Positions 21,449-31,238 of a stretch of 64,000 nucleotides of DNA are shown in pieces. Each line of letters opens with the position of its first letter. Position 1 is the first letter of the stretch. A program made the position numbers and the translations under genes. The notes beneath the pieces are model-generated. The model did no database searches. It saw only the letters and a list, made by a program, of their open reading frames with translations, and was not told the origin of the DNA. The DNA is from a virus (Duplodnaviria; Heunggongvirae; Uroviricota; Caudoviricetes), in IMG/VR virus record IMGVR_UViG_3300024270_000052; one strand, 5' to 3'.

Positions 21449-22361
21449 GTAATCTATAAATTAAAGTAGCGGCTTCTTCTCTTGTTAAAAATTTACGATA
21501 CATACCATTACCTGTCATATCACCTTTAATAATACCATTTTCCTCACACCATTTTCGCGCTTCTTCAGACCAACTATTTGGTGGCTATTTAGCTAAATTA
21601 ACAAGATAATTATTCATCATTTTATTAAACTATTCTTGTGTTAAACTATTGGATTGATTTGGTAAAGTGACTGGTGTAGAGGGAATTGGGTCTGGTTGCG
21701 GTTGCTAAATTTCAGGTTGTACTGAATTTAAAATAGATTGTACATCATTTTTAACTGTTTCCATATTTTTTCCATATTTTGGAAACCAGTGCATTACATC
21801 TCCATGATTATTGCCCATTCCAAGAGCATGGGCATCTTTATGACAAAGAATTGTAGGAATTTTTTTCCCATTAACTTCAACATAACCATGCGGGTCTATA
21901 TTAAATGTTTTGCATAAATAAGCTGTTAATTCACAAGCTTCTTTATATACTGTATCAAAATATTCTTTATTTGTTAAATCATCTTCACAAATTTCAAATT
22001 GAATCCATCCATTATTACATGAACCATTTTCACCACTGCCGCAACCCCATGGACGATAAGTCCAAGGTAAAGTCTATAAAGTGGTAACACTTCCATCTGC
22101 TAATTTACCAATCCAAGCATTTAAACCAGACTAAATATCAATTTGATTATAACTATTATTATATTTATTAGTTCCAATCATTGTCATTAATTCTTCATAT
22201 TTAGGGTCAGTTTTACTTGGCTAAACATATCTTTTTAAAGTAGGATTATTTGCGCCAGTACTATGCCATAATACACCTAAAACAGTCATAGGTTTTGTCC
22301 CTTTATAGCAGGTACTATCTGTTAAAATACATTGTGTTGGGGTTTGATTTAAATATTTCAT
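21432..22361 (-). CDS. endolysin: N-acetylmuramoyl-L-alanine amidase (Amidase_2/PGRP-like) + C-terminal SLH domain, six in-frame TAG codons
   Basis: GGAGG RBS + ATG at 22361. 'VLWHSTGANNP', 'NGWIQFEICED', 'ILCHKDAHALGMGNNHGDVMHWFP' fit Amidase_2. C-terminus 'SWSEEARKWCEENGIIKGDMTGNGMYRKFLTREEAATLIYRL' fits the S-layer-homology motif. CTA (TAG) occurs six times in frame; TAA stop at 21432-21434. Confidence 0.6.
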
Positions 22362-22385
22362 ACCTATTTCCTCCTTCTCTTTTTT

Positions 22386-23063
22386 CTATACTTTTATTGG
22401 TGATGGGCTAGTAATTTCAGAAACTCCGATTCCAGGTTCTTTTAAGAGAGGTCTTAAAATTTCTCTTTCACCAGCCGCAAATCCTTTTTTATATCTATCA
22501 TGTGTTACTAGTTGATATTTTTTATCATAAAATATATCAAATAATCTTTCATGTGAAATTGTTTTTATATTAATAAATTTAATACAATCTAAAAATTCTT
22601 TGTAAGCTCCATTGATTCCTCTAGCAATTGCCCACGCCCAAAAACATTCCTAAAAAGCTCTGTTAGTTTTATCTAAATCTATATATGATATTATTTTATT
22701 TTTTATCTAATCATAATAAATAGATTTCATATACTTATATTCACATTCAAAAAAATAATTATTACCATATTTATTATAGCATTCAGTCCATACTTCTTTT
22801 ACTTCTTCTGGACTTGAACAATAATTACTACCAGGCCAAGTTTTACTAACAAAATCTTTAGTTGCTCTATAATATAATTTATTTGATTCGTTAGGAAAAT
22901 ATTTTTTTAAAAAATTAATACAATTTCCCCAACGTAATGTAAGCTAATATGAGCCGCAAGACAATCCCCAATCATAGCCGCAATTTCCAAAAGCCATTGA
23001 ACCTAAATTACCAGATTCAAACTATTTGATATATTTACCTATATAATCGGTCAATATAATCAT
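22386..23063 (-). CDS. lysozyme-like domain protein, at least four in-frame TAG codons; in frame with the downstream endolysin
   Basis: ATG at 23063. 'FESGNLGSMAFGNCGYDWGLSCGSY' resembles the lysozyme-like domain of ORF 1854..2684. The only candidate terminator is TAG at 22386-22388, and the frame is continuous with the endolysin ATG at 22361. Confidence 0.35.
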
Positions 23064-23107
23064 TCCTTTCTTGAGAAATAAAAAAGGAGGAATATAAAAT
23101 TCCTCCG

Positions 23108-24388
23108 TTATAATGCTTCAGCTAATTGAGCTAATTTACTTCTATGTATATTTTTTAAAGTAATTTCACCATATACGTCGTGATTTCTAAATACTTGAGA
23201 TACACGACGCATACCATTATTATCTCCAGAAAAAGCATCCATATCCAATTGCGTTTGATAATCACCATCAATTATACAAACACTATCTTCTCCAATGCGC
23301 TGAAGACCCAATTTCATTAAACTAATATCTAAATTTTGCGCTTCAGTGATATATACTCCAGCTTTCATGCCAGAAGTATCATAACCTCTAATATCACTAA
23401 AAGGCAATAAAATGAGTTTTTCTTGTTGAATTAATTGTTCAACCGCAATTCTTCCACCTAATTTACTACTTAAAAAATTACCAATTTGCGAATCTAATAA
23501 TTTTTCTTCTCGTGTGCCAGGATAAAATCCTAATTTAGCTGAATTTTTAGTAGCTACAGTGTTACAGAAAATAATAATTTTATCAATATGATTGCGCTCT
23601 AGCTCATGGAATAAGTAAGCTAAACTTAAAAAACTTTTACCTGTACCCGCAGGTCCTTTAACCATAGTTAAAACATTATGGGTAAGACTGTCCGCAAATA
23701 ATGCTTGATAAACATCATTTTTTATAGGTTTAATTTTTCCAAAATAATTAGATTCAAAAACATCGTAGTCCAAATGTCTATATCCTTCACCAGTCCAGCA
23801 CAATGTATCTACAATATCTTCAGTTTCATCACGAATAATTAAATATTCATTAATATTTAAATTATAAATATTTTCATTAAAATTCTAATAAAAATTAGCC
23901 ATTTCATCTTCATTAAGAACTAATTCCTTATACCCATCATATTCTACTTCTTCTTTTGGAATTACACTTTTTATTGAATCATTTCCAAAAAATAAATTAG
24001 CAATTTGTTTTAATGCTAAATCATTAGTATAAAAAATTGTTTCATCAGGATGAATTAATCTATCATAAGCTACAGCAGATGCTAAAATTTTAATATCATT
24101 TGTTAATTCCCATTGAGAATAGCTTGGAAGATTTAATGTAGAATCTTGTTCTAGCATATCTTCTCTAAATACCCAAACTTCATACTTATCAGGATTTTCT
24201 TCTAATAAACGTAAAATTTTTCTTGCTGATTTTTTTATATCAATATCTTTATTATAAGCACTTTTAATATTTTCTAATTCATTTAAAGTAATAGATGAAA
24301 TTACTACGTCTTCATCTATCTTAAATAAATCATTTTCTCGTAATAAAAGACTGCTTGTATCATAAAAATTATAATTCTTCATTATCAT
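23108..24388 (-). CDS. phoH: PhoH-like ATPase with N-terminal PIN domain (YlaK-type), one in-frame TAG
   Basis: Track ORFs 23885..24388 (PIN-like N-terminus) and 23108..23803 (PhoH: 'VKGPAGTGKSFLSLA') are joined through CTA at 23885-23887. Confidence 0.7.
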
Positions 24389-24620
24389 CGTCCTCTTCTG
24401 TTGGAATTACAAATCCAATAGGATTAGATGATGATTCTCCATCTAATTCACCTGATAGTTTTTGGATTTGATTATTAATTTTAGTGATTTTAAGTGTTGT
24501 TTCTCCCTTACACCATTCTATAAGAGTTAAGATTAGATTTAATAATTCTTCTAAAAATGGCATAATAAATGATATAAATAAAATACCACTTAAAAAGTAT
24601 TTAAATTTAATAATAATCAC
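24369..24620 (-). CDS. small membrane protein (83 aa)
   Basis: One TM helix and an acidic C-terminus. Confidence 0.35.
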   Translation of the reverse strand: MIIIKFKYFLSGILFISFIMPFLEELLNLILTLIEWCKGETTLKITKINNQIQKLSGELDGESSSNPIGFVIPTEEDDDNEEL

Positions 24621-24674
24621 CTCTTTAAAAGATTCTTCTCAATAAAATTTAAAAAAATTAACATATAATATTAT

Positions 24675-25109
24675 TTATTTTTGACCTGCGCGACCCGCAC
24701 GGACATATTTATAAAAAATTTCTTTTCTTTCAATGTACTGTTTTATCATTTGCTCTCTGTCAGCTATTCTATTGTTAACTGTAGCTAAATCAAATTTAAT
24801 AAGGTTTATCTGTCTTTGTAACATTTTATTTTCATAAGATTTTTCATTAAATTTATTACTTTTATTAATAGAATAATAAAGTTGATTAAGCGCAGCTAAT
24901 CGTTCTTTTAATGTATTGCGATAATGTTTAAGAAGTTTAATATAGGCTCTATTCAGAGCAATTTCGCAACCGGTTTTTTCACTACACATATCAGAATCTT
25001 GTGGAGCACATTTAGCAATTCCAGTAAAGGAATATCCATCATTTGTATTAATTGTACAAGTTGCAACTCCATTATCTTTATCCCAATTAAAAATAGGTTC
25101 TTGTTTCAT
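24675..25109 (-). CDS. hypothetical protein (144 aa)
   Basis: Track ORF preceded by a promoter-motif copy. Confidence 0.4.
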   Translation of the reverse strand: MKQEPIFNWDKDNGVATCTINTNDGYSFTGIAKCAPQDSDMCSEKTGCEIALNRAYIKLLKHYRNTLKERLAALNQLYYSINKSNKFNEKSYENKMLQRQINLIKFDLATVNNRIADREQMIKQYIERKEIFYKYVRAGRAGQK

Positions 25110-25135
25110 AATTATTCTCCTTTTTTTAAATTTAT

Positions 25136-25173
25136 TCTATATATATTATATCATAAAAAATAAGTAAAATCAA
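25136..25173 (-). promoter_or_regulatory. promoter cassette copy
   Basis: 'ttctatatatattatatcataaaaaataagtaaaatcaa'. Confidence 0.5.
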
Positions 25174-25257
25174 GTAATGTACTTTTTGGTAAAAAAATTG
25201 CTATAGGCGCAGAGTTTTGAAACTACGAGCGTGGCGAGACAAAGGATAAAAAAAGAA

Positions 25258-25282
25258 GGTATGAAATTTTCATACCTTCTAA
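25258..25282 (-). terminator. rho-independent terminator after the flotillin-like gene
   Basis: aaggtatgaaaattttcataccttc hairpin. Confidence 0.45.
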
Positions 25283-25285
25283 AAA

Positions 25286-26749
25286 TTACTGAGCAGCCTT
25301 ACCACCAAGATAACCAGAAATTACTGACTTAATATCAATACCGGTAGATTCGGTAAGAGCCTTAATAATCTGGTCACTGGTCTGCATTACATCACTAACA
25401 AGCTTTGTGGTTCCATCAGAGCCGTACATGGTAATGGAATCAACAGCAGAGAGAGGAGCTGCCGCATTCTTAACTACTTCGGGGAGAGCGTTAAGATACA
25501 TTTCCAGGATAGAAGCTTCACCCATCTTCTTCTGTGCTTCAGCCTTCTTATCAATACCTTCGGCTTCAGCAACACCGGTAGCACGAATACCTTCTGCTTC
25601 TGCCTTCTTAATAGCCGCAATACCTTCCGCTTCAGCCAGAGCAGCATACTTATCTGCTTCAGCCTTAGCTCTAATAGCTTCTGCTTCCTGAGCTGCCGCA
25701 TACTTATCTGCTTCAGCTTTCTGCTCTCTTTCATAGCGTTCAGCTTCTGCTTTTCTCTGACGAACTACAAGCTCAGCGGCTGCTTTCTGCTCTGCGGCAT
25801 ACTTATCAGCATCTGCCTGCTTACGAACAAGAGCATCAAGTTCATACTCACGCAGTTCAATTTCCTTCTGTCTAAGTTCTGCCTCACGTTCAGCCTTAGC
25901 GATTTCTGCGTCAGTAGAAGCAATATTCTTCAGCTTGCGCTGATTCTCTGCTTCAATCTCCATAGCAGCTTCAGCCTGCGCCTTCTGCGTATCTGCACTC
26001 TTCTTCAGTTCAGCCTGACGAATTTCAAGAGCGTTATTGCGGACGGCGATTTCTTCAGCGGCCGCAACCTTAGCGTCATTGGCGCTCTTGGCGTTTTCTG
26101 CCTCAGCAATAGCAATTTCTCTCTGTGCGTCAGACTTAGCAATAGAAGCCTTCTTACGAATTTGTTCTACGTTATCAATACCAAGATTATTGATAACATC
26201 ATTATCATCTACGAAATTCTGAACGTTAAATGAAATTAATTCAAGTCCAAGACGCTTAAGGTCGGGAACTGCGTTTTCCTATACCTTTTCAGAGAATGCC
26301 TTTCTATTACTTACCATATCAGTAAGTTTCATCTGGCCTACAATTTCTCGCACATTACCTTCAAGCAGACAAGAAATCTTTTCATTAATTACATTTTTCT
26401 TTACTCCAAGGAAGTTCTGGCAAGCAAGTTCCATCATTTCGGGGGTCTGACCAATACGAACATTTACATTGGAATCAACTCGTACATTAATGTATTCTGC
26501 TGTTGGAACCGCAGATGAAGTTTTTACATCAATCTGAATTACACCAAGTTCAAGCTTGTCAAGACGTTCAAAGAAAGGAATTTTAATGCCGGCTCTACCA
26601 ATAAGAATTCTTGGCTTCTTTCTCAAACCAGAAATTACATATGCCATATCCGGAGGAGCTTTCACATAACCACTCATAAGAATGAGAAGAAGAGCAACAA
26701 TTCCAATAACGGGGATAAGAAAAGATGCGGAAGTAATAAATTCTAACAT
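25286..26749 (-). CDS. flotillin-like SPFH/Band-7 protein, one in-frame TAG
   Basis: N-terminal TM + SPFH domain (track ORF 26279..26749). C-terminal flotillin-type Ala/Glu repeats 'KAEAEAERYEREQKAEADKYAAAQEAEAI' (25286..25963). The parts are joined in frame through CTA at 26279-26281; the intervening 315 nt has no stop. Confidence 0.65.
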
Positions 26750-26789
26750 TTTTTTCTCCTTATTTTATATAAATTTTTAAATGAACAAA

Positions 26790-27371
26790 TTAAAGATATT
26801 TAATACATTTTTCTACTTCATTTTTACATCTATTAATTACTGATTCAATATTAATAGGAAAATTGAGTAAAGAATCAACTCCACAATGAAACATAAAAGG
26901 TCTATCTTCATAGAAATCTGTCTGCTGATGTGTATGTCCATAAAGATTAATTTCAATCTGTTTTAGACTATCTTTTTCAAAATTAGAAGTAATAGTGGGA
27001 TAATGAGAACAATAAAAATTATATCCTTCACTTTTAAAACGAAGAGCATCTCCCATTTCAACTACATTAGGAAGATTTTTATAAAGTTCCCAACGTGGAT
27101 TTGTGTCATGGTTTCCTCTTACAATATGTAGTCTGCCTTTAAGATTTTTAAGCATTCCGATACCATAATTATTATCACCAAGCATTAAATCACCAAGAAT
27201 ATATACATCATCTTCATCATTTACTGTATTATTAAAATTTTCTACAATAGATTCATCATGGTGAGCAATGCAAGTAAATCCGCGAGGTCCCCACACAAAT
27301 TCTCTATCATGCCCAATGTGGAGGTCACTTGTAATCCAGATATTATTCATTTTCATCCACTCCTTTATCAA
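26790..27371 (-). CDS. calcineurin-like metallophosphoesterase (candidate 2',3'-cyclic phosphodiesterase/3'-phosphatase)
   Basis: 'DLHIGHD', 'GDLMLGDNN', 'GNHD' motifs. Overlaps and is co-oriented with the Pnk-like kinase. Confidence 0.65.
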   Translation of the reverse strand: MIKEWMKMNNIWITSDLHIGHDREFVWGPRGFTCIAHHDESIVENFNNTVNDEDDVYILGDLMLGDNNYGIGMLKNLKGRLHIVRGNHDTNPRWELYKNLPNVVEMGDALRFKSEGYNFYCSHYPTITSNFEKDSLKQIEINLYGHTHQQTDFYEDRPFMFHCGVDSLLNFPINIESVINRCKNEVEKCIKYL

Positions 27372-27930
27372 TTGAAATCATATAATTATTATCTTCATTA
27401 ATATTTAAAATATAAGTATAATTATGTTTTTCTCCATAATTAGCAGGATTATATTTATTAAACATATTTTTAATTACATTATCAGGAACATTTGCTCTCC
27501 CAGAACGAAATGAATTACGATAAACACAAGTATCTACTGAAAGATTAAAATTTACAGGGACAACAGAAATAGAAGATAAATTGAGTTTATCCAACACCTT
27601 ATTCCTTGCGGCCTCATTTAAATGAGTAGCATCAACAAAAATAATTTCTTTATCAGTAGATTTAATACTTTCGTTAATTTTATTAATAAATGTATTAAAC
27701 ACTAAATTTTCTTTAGCAAAATAATCATCATTATCTTTCAAAAGAGAAAAACGAATTTCATCTCTGCTGATATGAATACTATTATCTAAATATTCCTGCT
27801 GATTTTTCACCCAAGTAGTTTTTCCTGAACCAGGAATGCCGCAAAGTAAATAGAGAGTTTTATTCATTATATACTCCTTTCGCAAAATCAATTTTAAATT
27901 GTTCAACTTCTTCCATTGAACGACATTCAA
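27343..27930 (-). CDS. polynucleotide 5'-kinase (T4 Pnk kinase-domain-like)
   Basis: 'LLCGIPGSGKTTWVKN...ISRDEIRF' closely matches T4 Pnk 'IGCPGSGKSTWAREF...INRDDYRQ'. Confidence 0.7.
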   Translation of the reverse strand: MNVVQWKKLNNLKLILRKEYIMNKTLYLLCGIPGSGKTTWVKNQQEYLDNSIHISRDEIRFSLLKDNDDYFAKENLVFNTFINKINESIKSTDKEIIFVDATHLNEAARNKVLDKLNLSSISVVPVNFNLSVDTCVYRNSFRSGRANVPDNVIKNMFNKYNPANYGEKHNYTYILNINEDNNYMISIDKGVDENE

Positions 27931-28105
27931 TATGATTTATTTCATCGCCGCAATATAAACAAAATAATTTCTTTTTATGAAATTTTTCTCGTTCACATCC
28001 ACGTTTTCTTACTATTGGAATACCCTTATTTCCACATTTTGTACAATAAAAATCATGAGTATTACTTTTTACATTTTGACGCGCCATTGCTTTAGTCCTT
28101 ATCAT
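27860..28105 (-). CDS. zinc-ribbon protein (81 aa)
   Basis: CTKCG...CLYCGDE four-cysteine pattern. Confidence 0.35.
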   Translation of the reverse strand: MIRTKAMARQNVKSNTHDFYCTKCGNKGIPIVRKRGCEREKFHKKKLFCLYCGDEINHIECRSMEEVEQFKIDFAKGVYNE

Positions 28106-28307
28106 TAATATTAATATTACCGATATTTAAACATTTAAACAACCAAAGAATTCCATACATTTGCCAAAAAGTTAATGTTGGAGCAGAAAATACTGGAACA
28201 ATAATTGTAGACCAAAGCCAGCAAGCAATAAGTGCGCCGGGAACATAAACTAACATATAAATTAAAAATACTAATAGAGCAGCAAAAACTCCAGATAAAA
28301 ATTTCAT
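28092..28307 (-). CDS. small membrane protein (71 aa)
   Basis: Two hydrophobic helices. Confidence 0.35.
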   Translation of the reverse strand: MKFLSGVFAALLVFLIYMLVYVPGALIACWLWSTIIVPVFSAPTLTFWQMYGILWLFKCLNIGNININDKD

Positions 28308-28330
28308 TTATAATTTATCTCCTTTCTTTA

Positions 28331-28372
28331 TTTTCTATATATATATTATATCATATTTTTTTATTATTTTCA
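28331..28372 (-). promoter_or_regulatory. promoter cassette copy
   Basis: 'ttttctatatatatattatatcatatttttttattattttcaa'. Confidence 0.55.
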
Positions 28373-29053
28373 AATTTGAAAAATATGTTCATCAAAAGTA
28401 TCTAAATCTAAAAGTACTGTCATTCCAGTAGCAAAAGCTCCACAATCAATACATACTTTTTTATCATTACAATACCAGAAAGCACCTTCAAATTCAGCTT
28501 CTCTTATACCAAGGTCTTCGGCAAGATAAGGGATTGGAGTGTGTCCATGAACCATAAGTGTTCTGCCTTCTGGAGGGACATCAAGAAAATGTTCTCTACT
28601 CCAAAGTAAATCCTCTTCACAAGGAATAGTATCATTATAGTTGGAATAACCAGCATGGCACATTATAATTTCAATATCTTGATATTGATTATAATAAGAT
28701 TTAATTGTTGGAAGTTTAGATAAATAATTCATCCATCCCATATCGGCGCCATCAGTAATCCAACCAAATAAAGTTGATTCTCCTCCATTAGAGAAAAGAA
28801 GATGGCAATTTTTTCCCATATATTCATCTCTACCATACTCACACATAGCTTTTACAAGCATATCTTCATGGTTTCCTTTAAGATAAATAAATTGCGGGTC
28901 GCATGCAACTGCTTTAATTAATTCCCAACTTGCGGGACCGCGGTCTCCGCAATCTCCAAGACAATATACAATATCATTTTTTTTAAGAAATGTTTTAATT
29001 TGCTTATATAAATCAATCTGACCATGTAAATCAGATACAGCATATATATTCAT
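28370..29053 (-). CDS. Ser/Thr-phosphatase-like metallophosphoesterase (lambda-PPase family)
   Basis: 'SDLHGQ', 'GDCGDRGP', 'GNHE', 'GHT' motifs. Confidence 0.7.
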   Translation of the reverse strand: MNIYAVSDLHGQIDLYKQIKTFLKKNDIVYCLGDCGDRGPASWELIKAVACDPQFIYLKGNHEDMLVKAMCEYGRDEYMGKNCHLLFSNGGESTLFGWITDGADMGWMNYLSKLPTIKSYYNQYQDIEIIMCHAGYSNYNDTIPCEEDLLWSREHFLDVPPEGRTLMVHGHTPIPYLAEDLGIREAEFEGAFWYCNDKKVCIDCGAFATGMTVLLDLDTFDEHIFQI

Positions 29054-29342
29054 TTAAATGCCTCCTATAACTGAAAGAATAATTACAGCAAATAAAATAC
29101 ATACTACAATTACGCTTGTGCCGCCAATTAAACCAAGTATAATTCCACTCATTAGTCTAATCTCTCCACATAAATTTCATCTACTGGGTCAGTTACCCAA
29201 GAAATATCATTTTCTTTATCAGCATCCATGTCAAAAGCAATATTTTCCGCTTCATCTACGTTTTCTGCATCTACATAATAAGTATGAACTTTTTTAAAAA
29301 CTACAGCATATTTATGTTTCATATATTTTATTTCCTTTCTTA

Positions 29343-29383
29343 TTTTATATATATATTATATCATATTTTTATAATAAAATCAA
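29343..29383 (-). promoter_or_regulatory. promoter cassette copy
   Basis: 'ttttatatatatattatatcatatttttataataaaatcaa' + hairpin aagcccttctattctaaatagaagggctt. Confidence 0.55.
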
Positions 29384-29417
29384 ATAAGCCCTTCTATTCT
29401 AAATAGAAGGGCTTATT

Positions 29418-29906
29418 TTATTTAAAATTATATGTTCCGGTTGTAATAATAATATTATCTAAACTAAATGTTTCACTAATTTCAATTTCTACAGGATTTT
29501 TTGTATCACGAAGTTTAAAGAAAACCATAACTTCAAGTGAAGCGCCTGGTCTTAAATCAAGGTCACTATTTTCATAATATTTATAATATTCATTATCAGC
29601 ATCGGGCCAAGTAACTTCCAATTCAACTCCATTTTGAAAAGCTTCATTCATTAAATTTAACCAATAAGAACAAGTCTCTGTACTATTATTAGTCCATTTA
29701 ATTTTAACACCAAGACTAGGATTATCATCCCAGTCTTTTGTAAGAATACATCCTAAAATTTCAGCATTAAAATCACTTTTTAATTCATTAATTGTAGTAT
29801 CAATAGTTGGAAGCTCACTTTGGTTATTAATAACACCAACAGTAAAACACCCGACAAAAATAAGAAAAATTGCTAAACAAATTACAATAATTTTACTCTT
29901 ATCCAT
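29418..29906 (-). CDS. secreted/lipoprotein-like hypothetical protein
   Basis: Signal peptide with Cys (LIFVGC). Confidence 0.4.
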   Translation of the reverse strand: MDKSKIIVICLAIFLIFVGCFTVGVINNQSELPTIDTTINELKSDFNAEILGCILTKDWDDNPSLGVKIKWTNNSTETCSYWLNLMNEAFQNGVELEVTWPDADNEYYKYYENSDLDLRPGASLEVMVFFKLRDTKNPVEIEISETFSLDNIIITTGTYNFK

Positions 29907-29950
29907 TTATTACCTCAAATTTTTACTTGCTTATATTGTTCATGTAATGT

Positions 29951-30412
29951 CTACAAATTAGCTTCAGGACAACTTTGTAGAAATTCTCTTAACTCCATTA
30001 GACATTTTCCAAGCATATTGTGTCCAATATTATTACATACACCCCAATACGTATCATTCCAAGTATTACCTTCAATTAATTCACTATCTCCAGTAGCAAT
30101 AAGTTTATCTCGTAATTCTAATGAAGTTGTAAATTTAAGATAAAGACCCAGTTTCATTACCATTACACGAGCAGTATCCCAGTCAGCGCGTAATTTTACA
30201 CCTCGGCCTAAATATTTAGCTCTACCTGGAGTAGCGGCTGCGGCGATTCTTTTTCGTTCTTCTATATCAGATGTTTTCATTGCTTGAAAGAAATGTTCAT
30301 TAGTAGGATAAATAATTCCATCATATTCAAATGGTGAATTATAAAAATTACTTAAAAAAGCATATTCTCCATTAAAACAATCAATTCTATTTCCCATTTT
30401 TAAAAACTCCAT
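29951..30412 (-). CDS. NADAR-domain protein (YbiA-like)
   Basis: 'FYNSPFEYDGIIYPTNEHFFQAMK...AKYLGR...DW...YWG' is the canonical NADAR signature. Confidence 0.75.
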   Translation of the reverse strand: MEFLKMGNRIDCFNGEYAFLSNFYNSPFEYDGIIYPTNEHFFQAMKTSDIEERKRIAAAATPGRAKYLGRGVKLRADWDTARVMVMKLGLYLKFTTSLELRDKLIATGDSELIEGNTWNDTYWGVCNNIGHNMLGKCLMELREFLQSCPEANL

Positions 30413-31235
30413 TCATCTTGGACATAATGCCGACAAAAGGAATATTAATATTATCTTTATGTCTACTAATGCTATGAAGATGTTTAATTGCGGCAAGAGT
30501 ATTTACATCTTCTGGAATAATTCTATATCTAATATAATTATCCAACTCTTTATAAGTAAATCCAAAATTTTCTTCATCAGTTTTACCGCACATACCATCA
30601 TCGGGAGCTTTGCCTACAATATAATCCGGTAGACCAAGAGCATAGCCAATTTGACAAACTTCTGTAGCAGTATAATCTGCTAAAGGACTAAAATCACCTA
30701 CGCCATCGCCATACTTTGTAAAATATCCAATATAATCTTCAGATAAATTACAAGTATTTACTACTCTACCTCCATTTTCAAGGGCTGCCGCAATTGCATA
30801 AAGAGTAGTCATACGAATTCGTGCGGGTAAATTTGTTGTAACAACAGAATTATCCTTGAAATTAATTTTATAATCAATTGGTGTGGGACAATAATCACAA
30901 AATGTATTATCAAATGCGTTATAAATGGCTTTAGTTGTGTCGCCAATATTTACTGTAAAATAATTAATTCCAAGAATATTACAGACATCTTTAGCACAAT
31001 CTACATCACATTTTCGCATATTACCATCGGGAATAATAATACCATATACTCTATTTTTTCCAAGAGCGGCGGTACAAAGAGCAGCACAAACCGCAGAATC
31101 CTTACCGCCAGACATTCCAATTACTGCTGGAGAATTCGGTCCATTATCAGCAAAATATTCCTTAATCCAATCAATAATTTTATTTTTCTGAAGTTCAGCA
31201 TCAAACACATAATCTGTATTAAAAATAGTACTCAT
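30387..31235 (-). CDS. nadE: NH3-dependent NAD+ synthetase
   Basis: PP-loop 'GMSGGKDS' and 'GYFTKYGDGVGDFSPL', matching E. coli NadE motifs. Confidence 0.8.
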   Translation of the reverse strand: MSTIFNTDYVFDAELQKNKIIDWIKEYFADNGPNSPAVIGMSGGKDSAVCAALCTAALGKNRVYGIIIPDGNMRKCDVDCAKDVCNILGINYFTVNIGDTTKAIYNAFDNTFCDYCPTPIDYKINFKDNSVVTTNLPARIRMTTLYAIAAALENGGRVVNTCNLSEDYIGYFTKYGDGVGDFSPLADYTATEVCQIGYALGLPDYIVGKAPDDGMCGKTDEENFGFTYKELDNYIRYRIIPEDVNTLAAIKHLHSISRHKDNINIPFVGIMSKMNGVFKNGK

Positions 31236-31238
31236 AAT

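Noticed and set aside
21449-23107. Long stretches without any at-least-60-aa ORF in the supplied track. They also occur at 1..1183, 12168..12530, 8816..9019, 53803..54511 and 59347..60787, and could be read as non-coding or pseudogene regions.
   Set aside because: All are coding once TAG is read as sense (or, for 1..1183, because the gene runs off the window edge). The frames are continuous with flanking ORFs and encode recognisable domains (amidase, GIY-YIG, AAA_24, fibre repeats). They are not pseudogenes.
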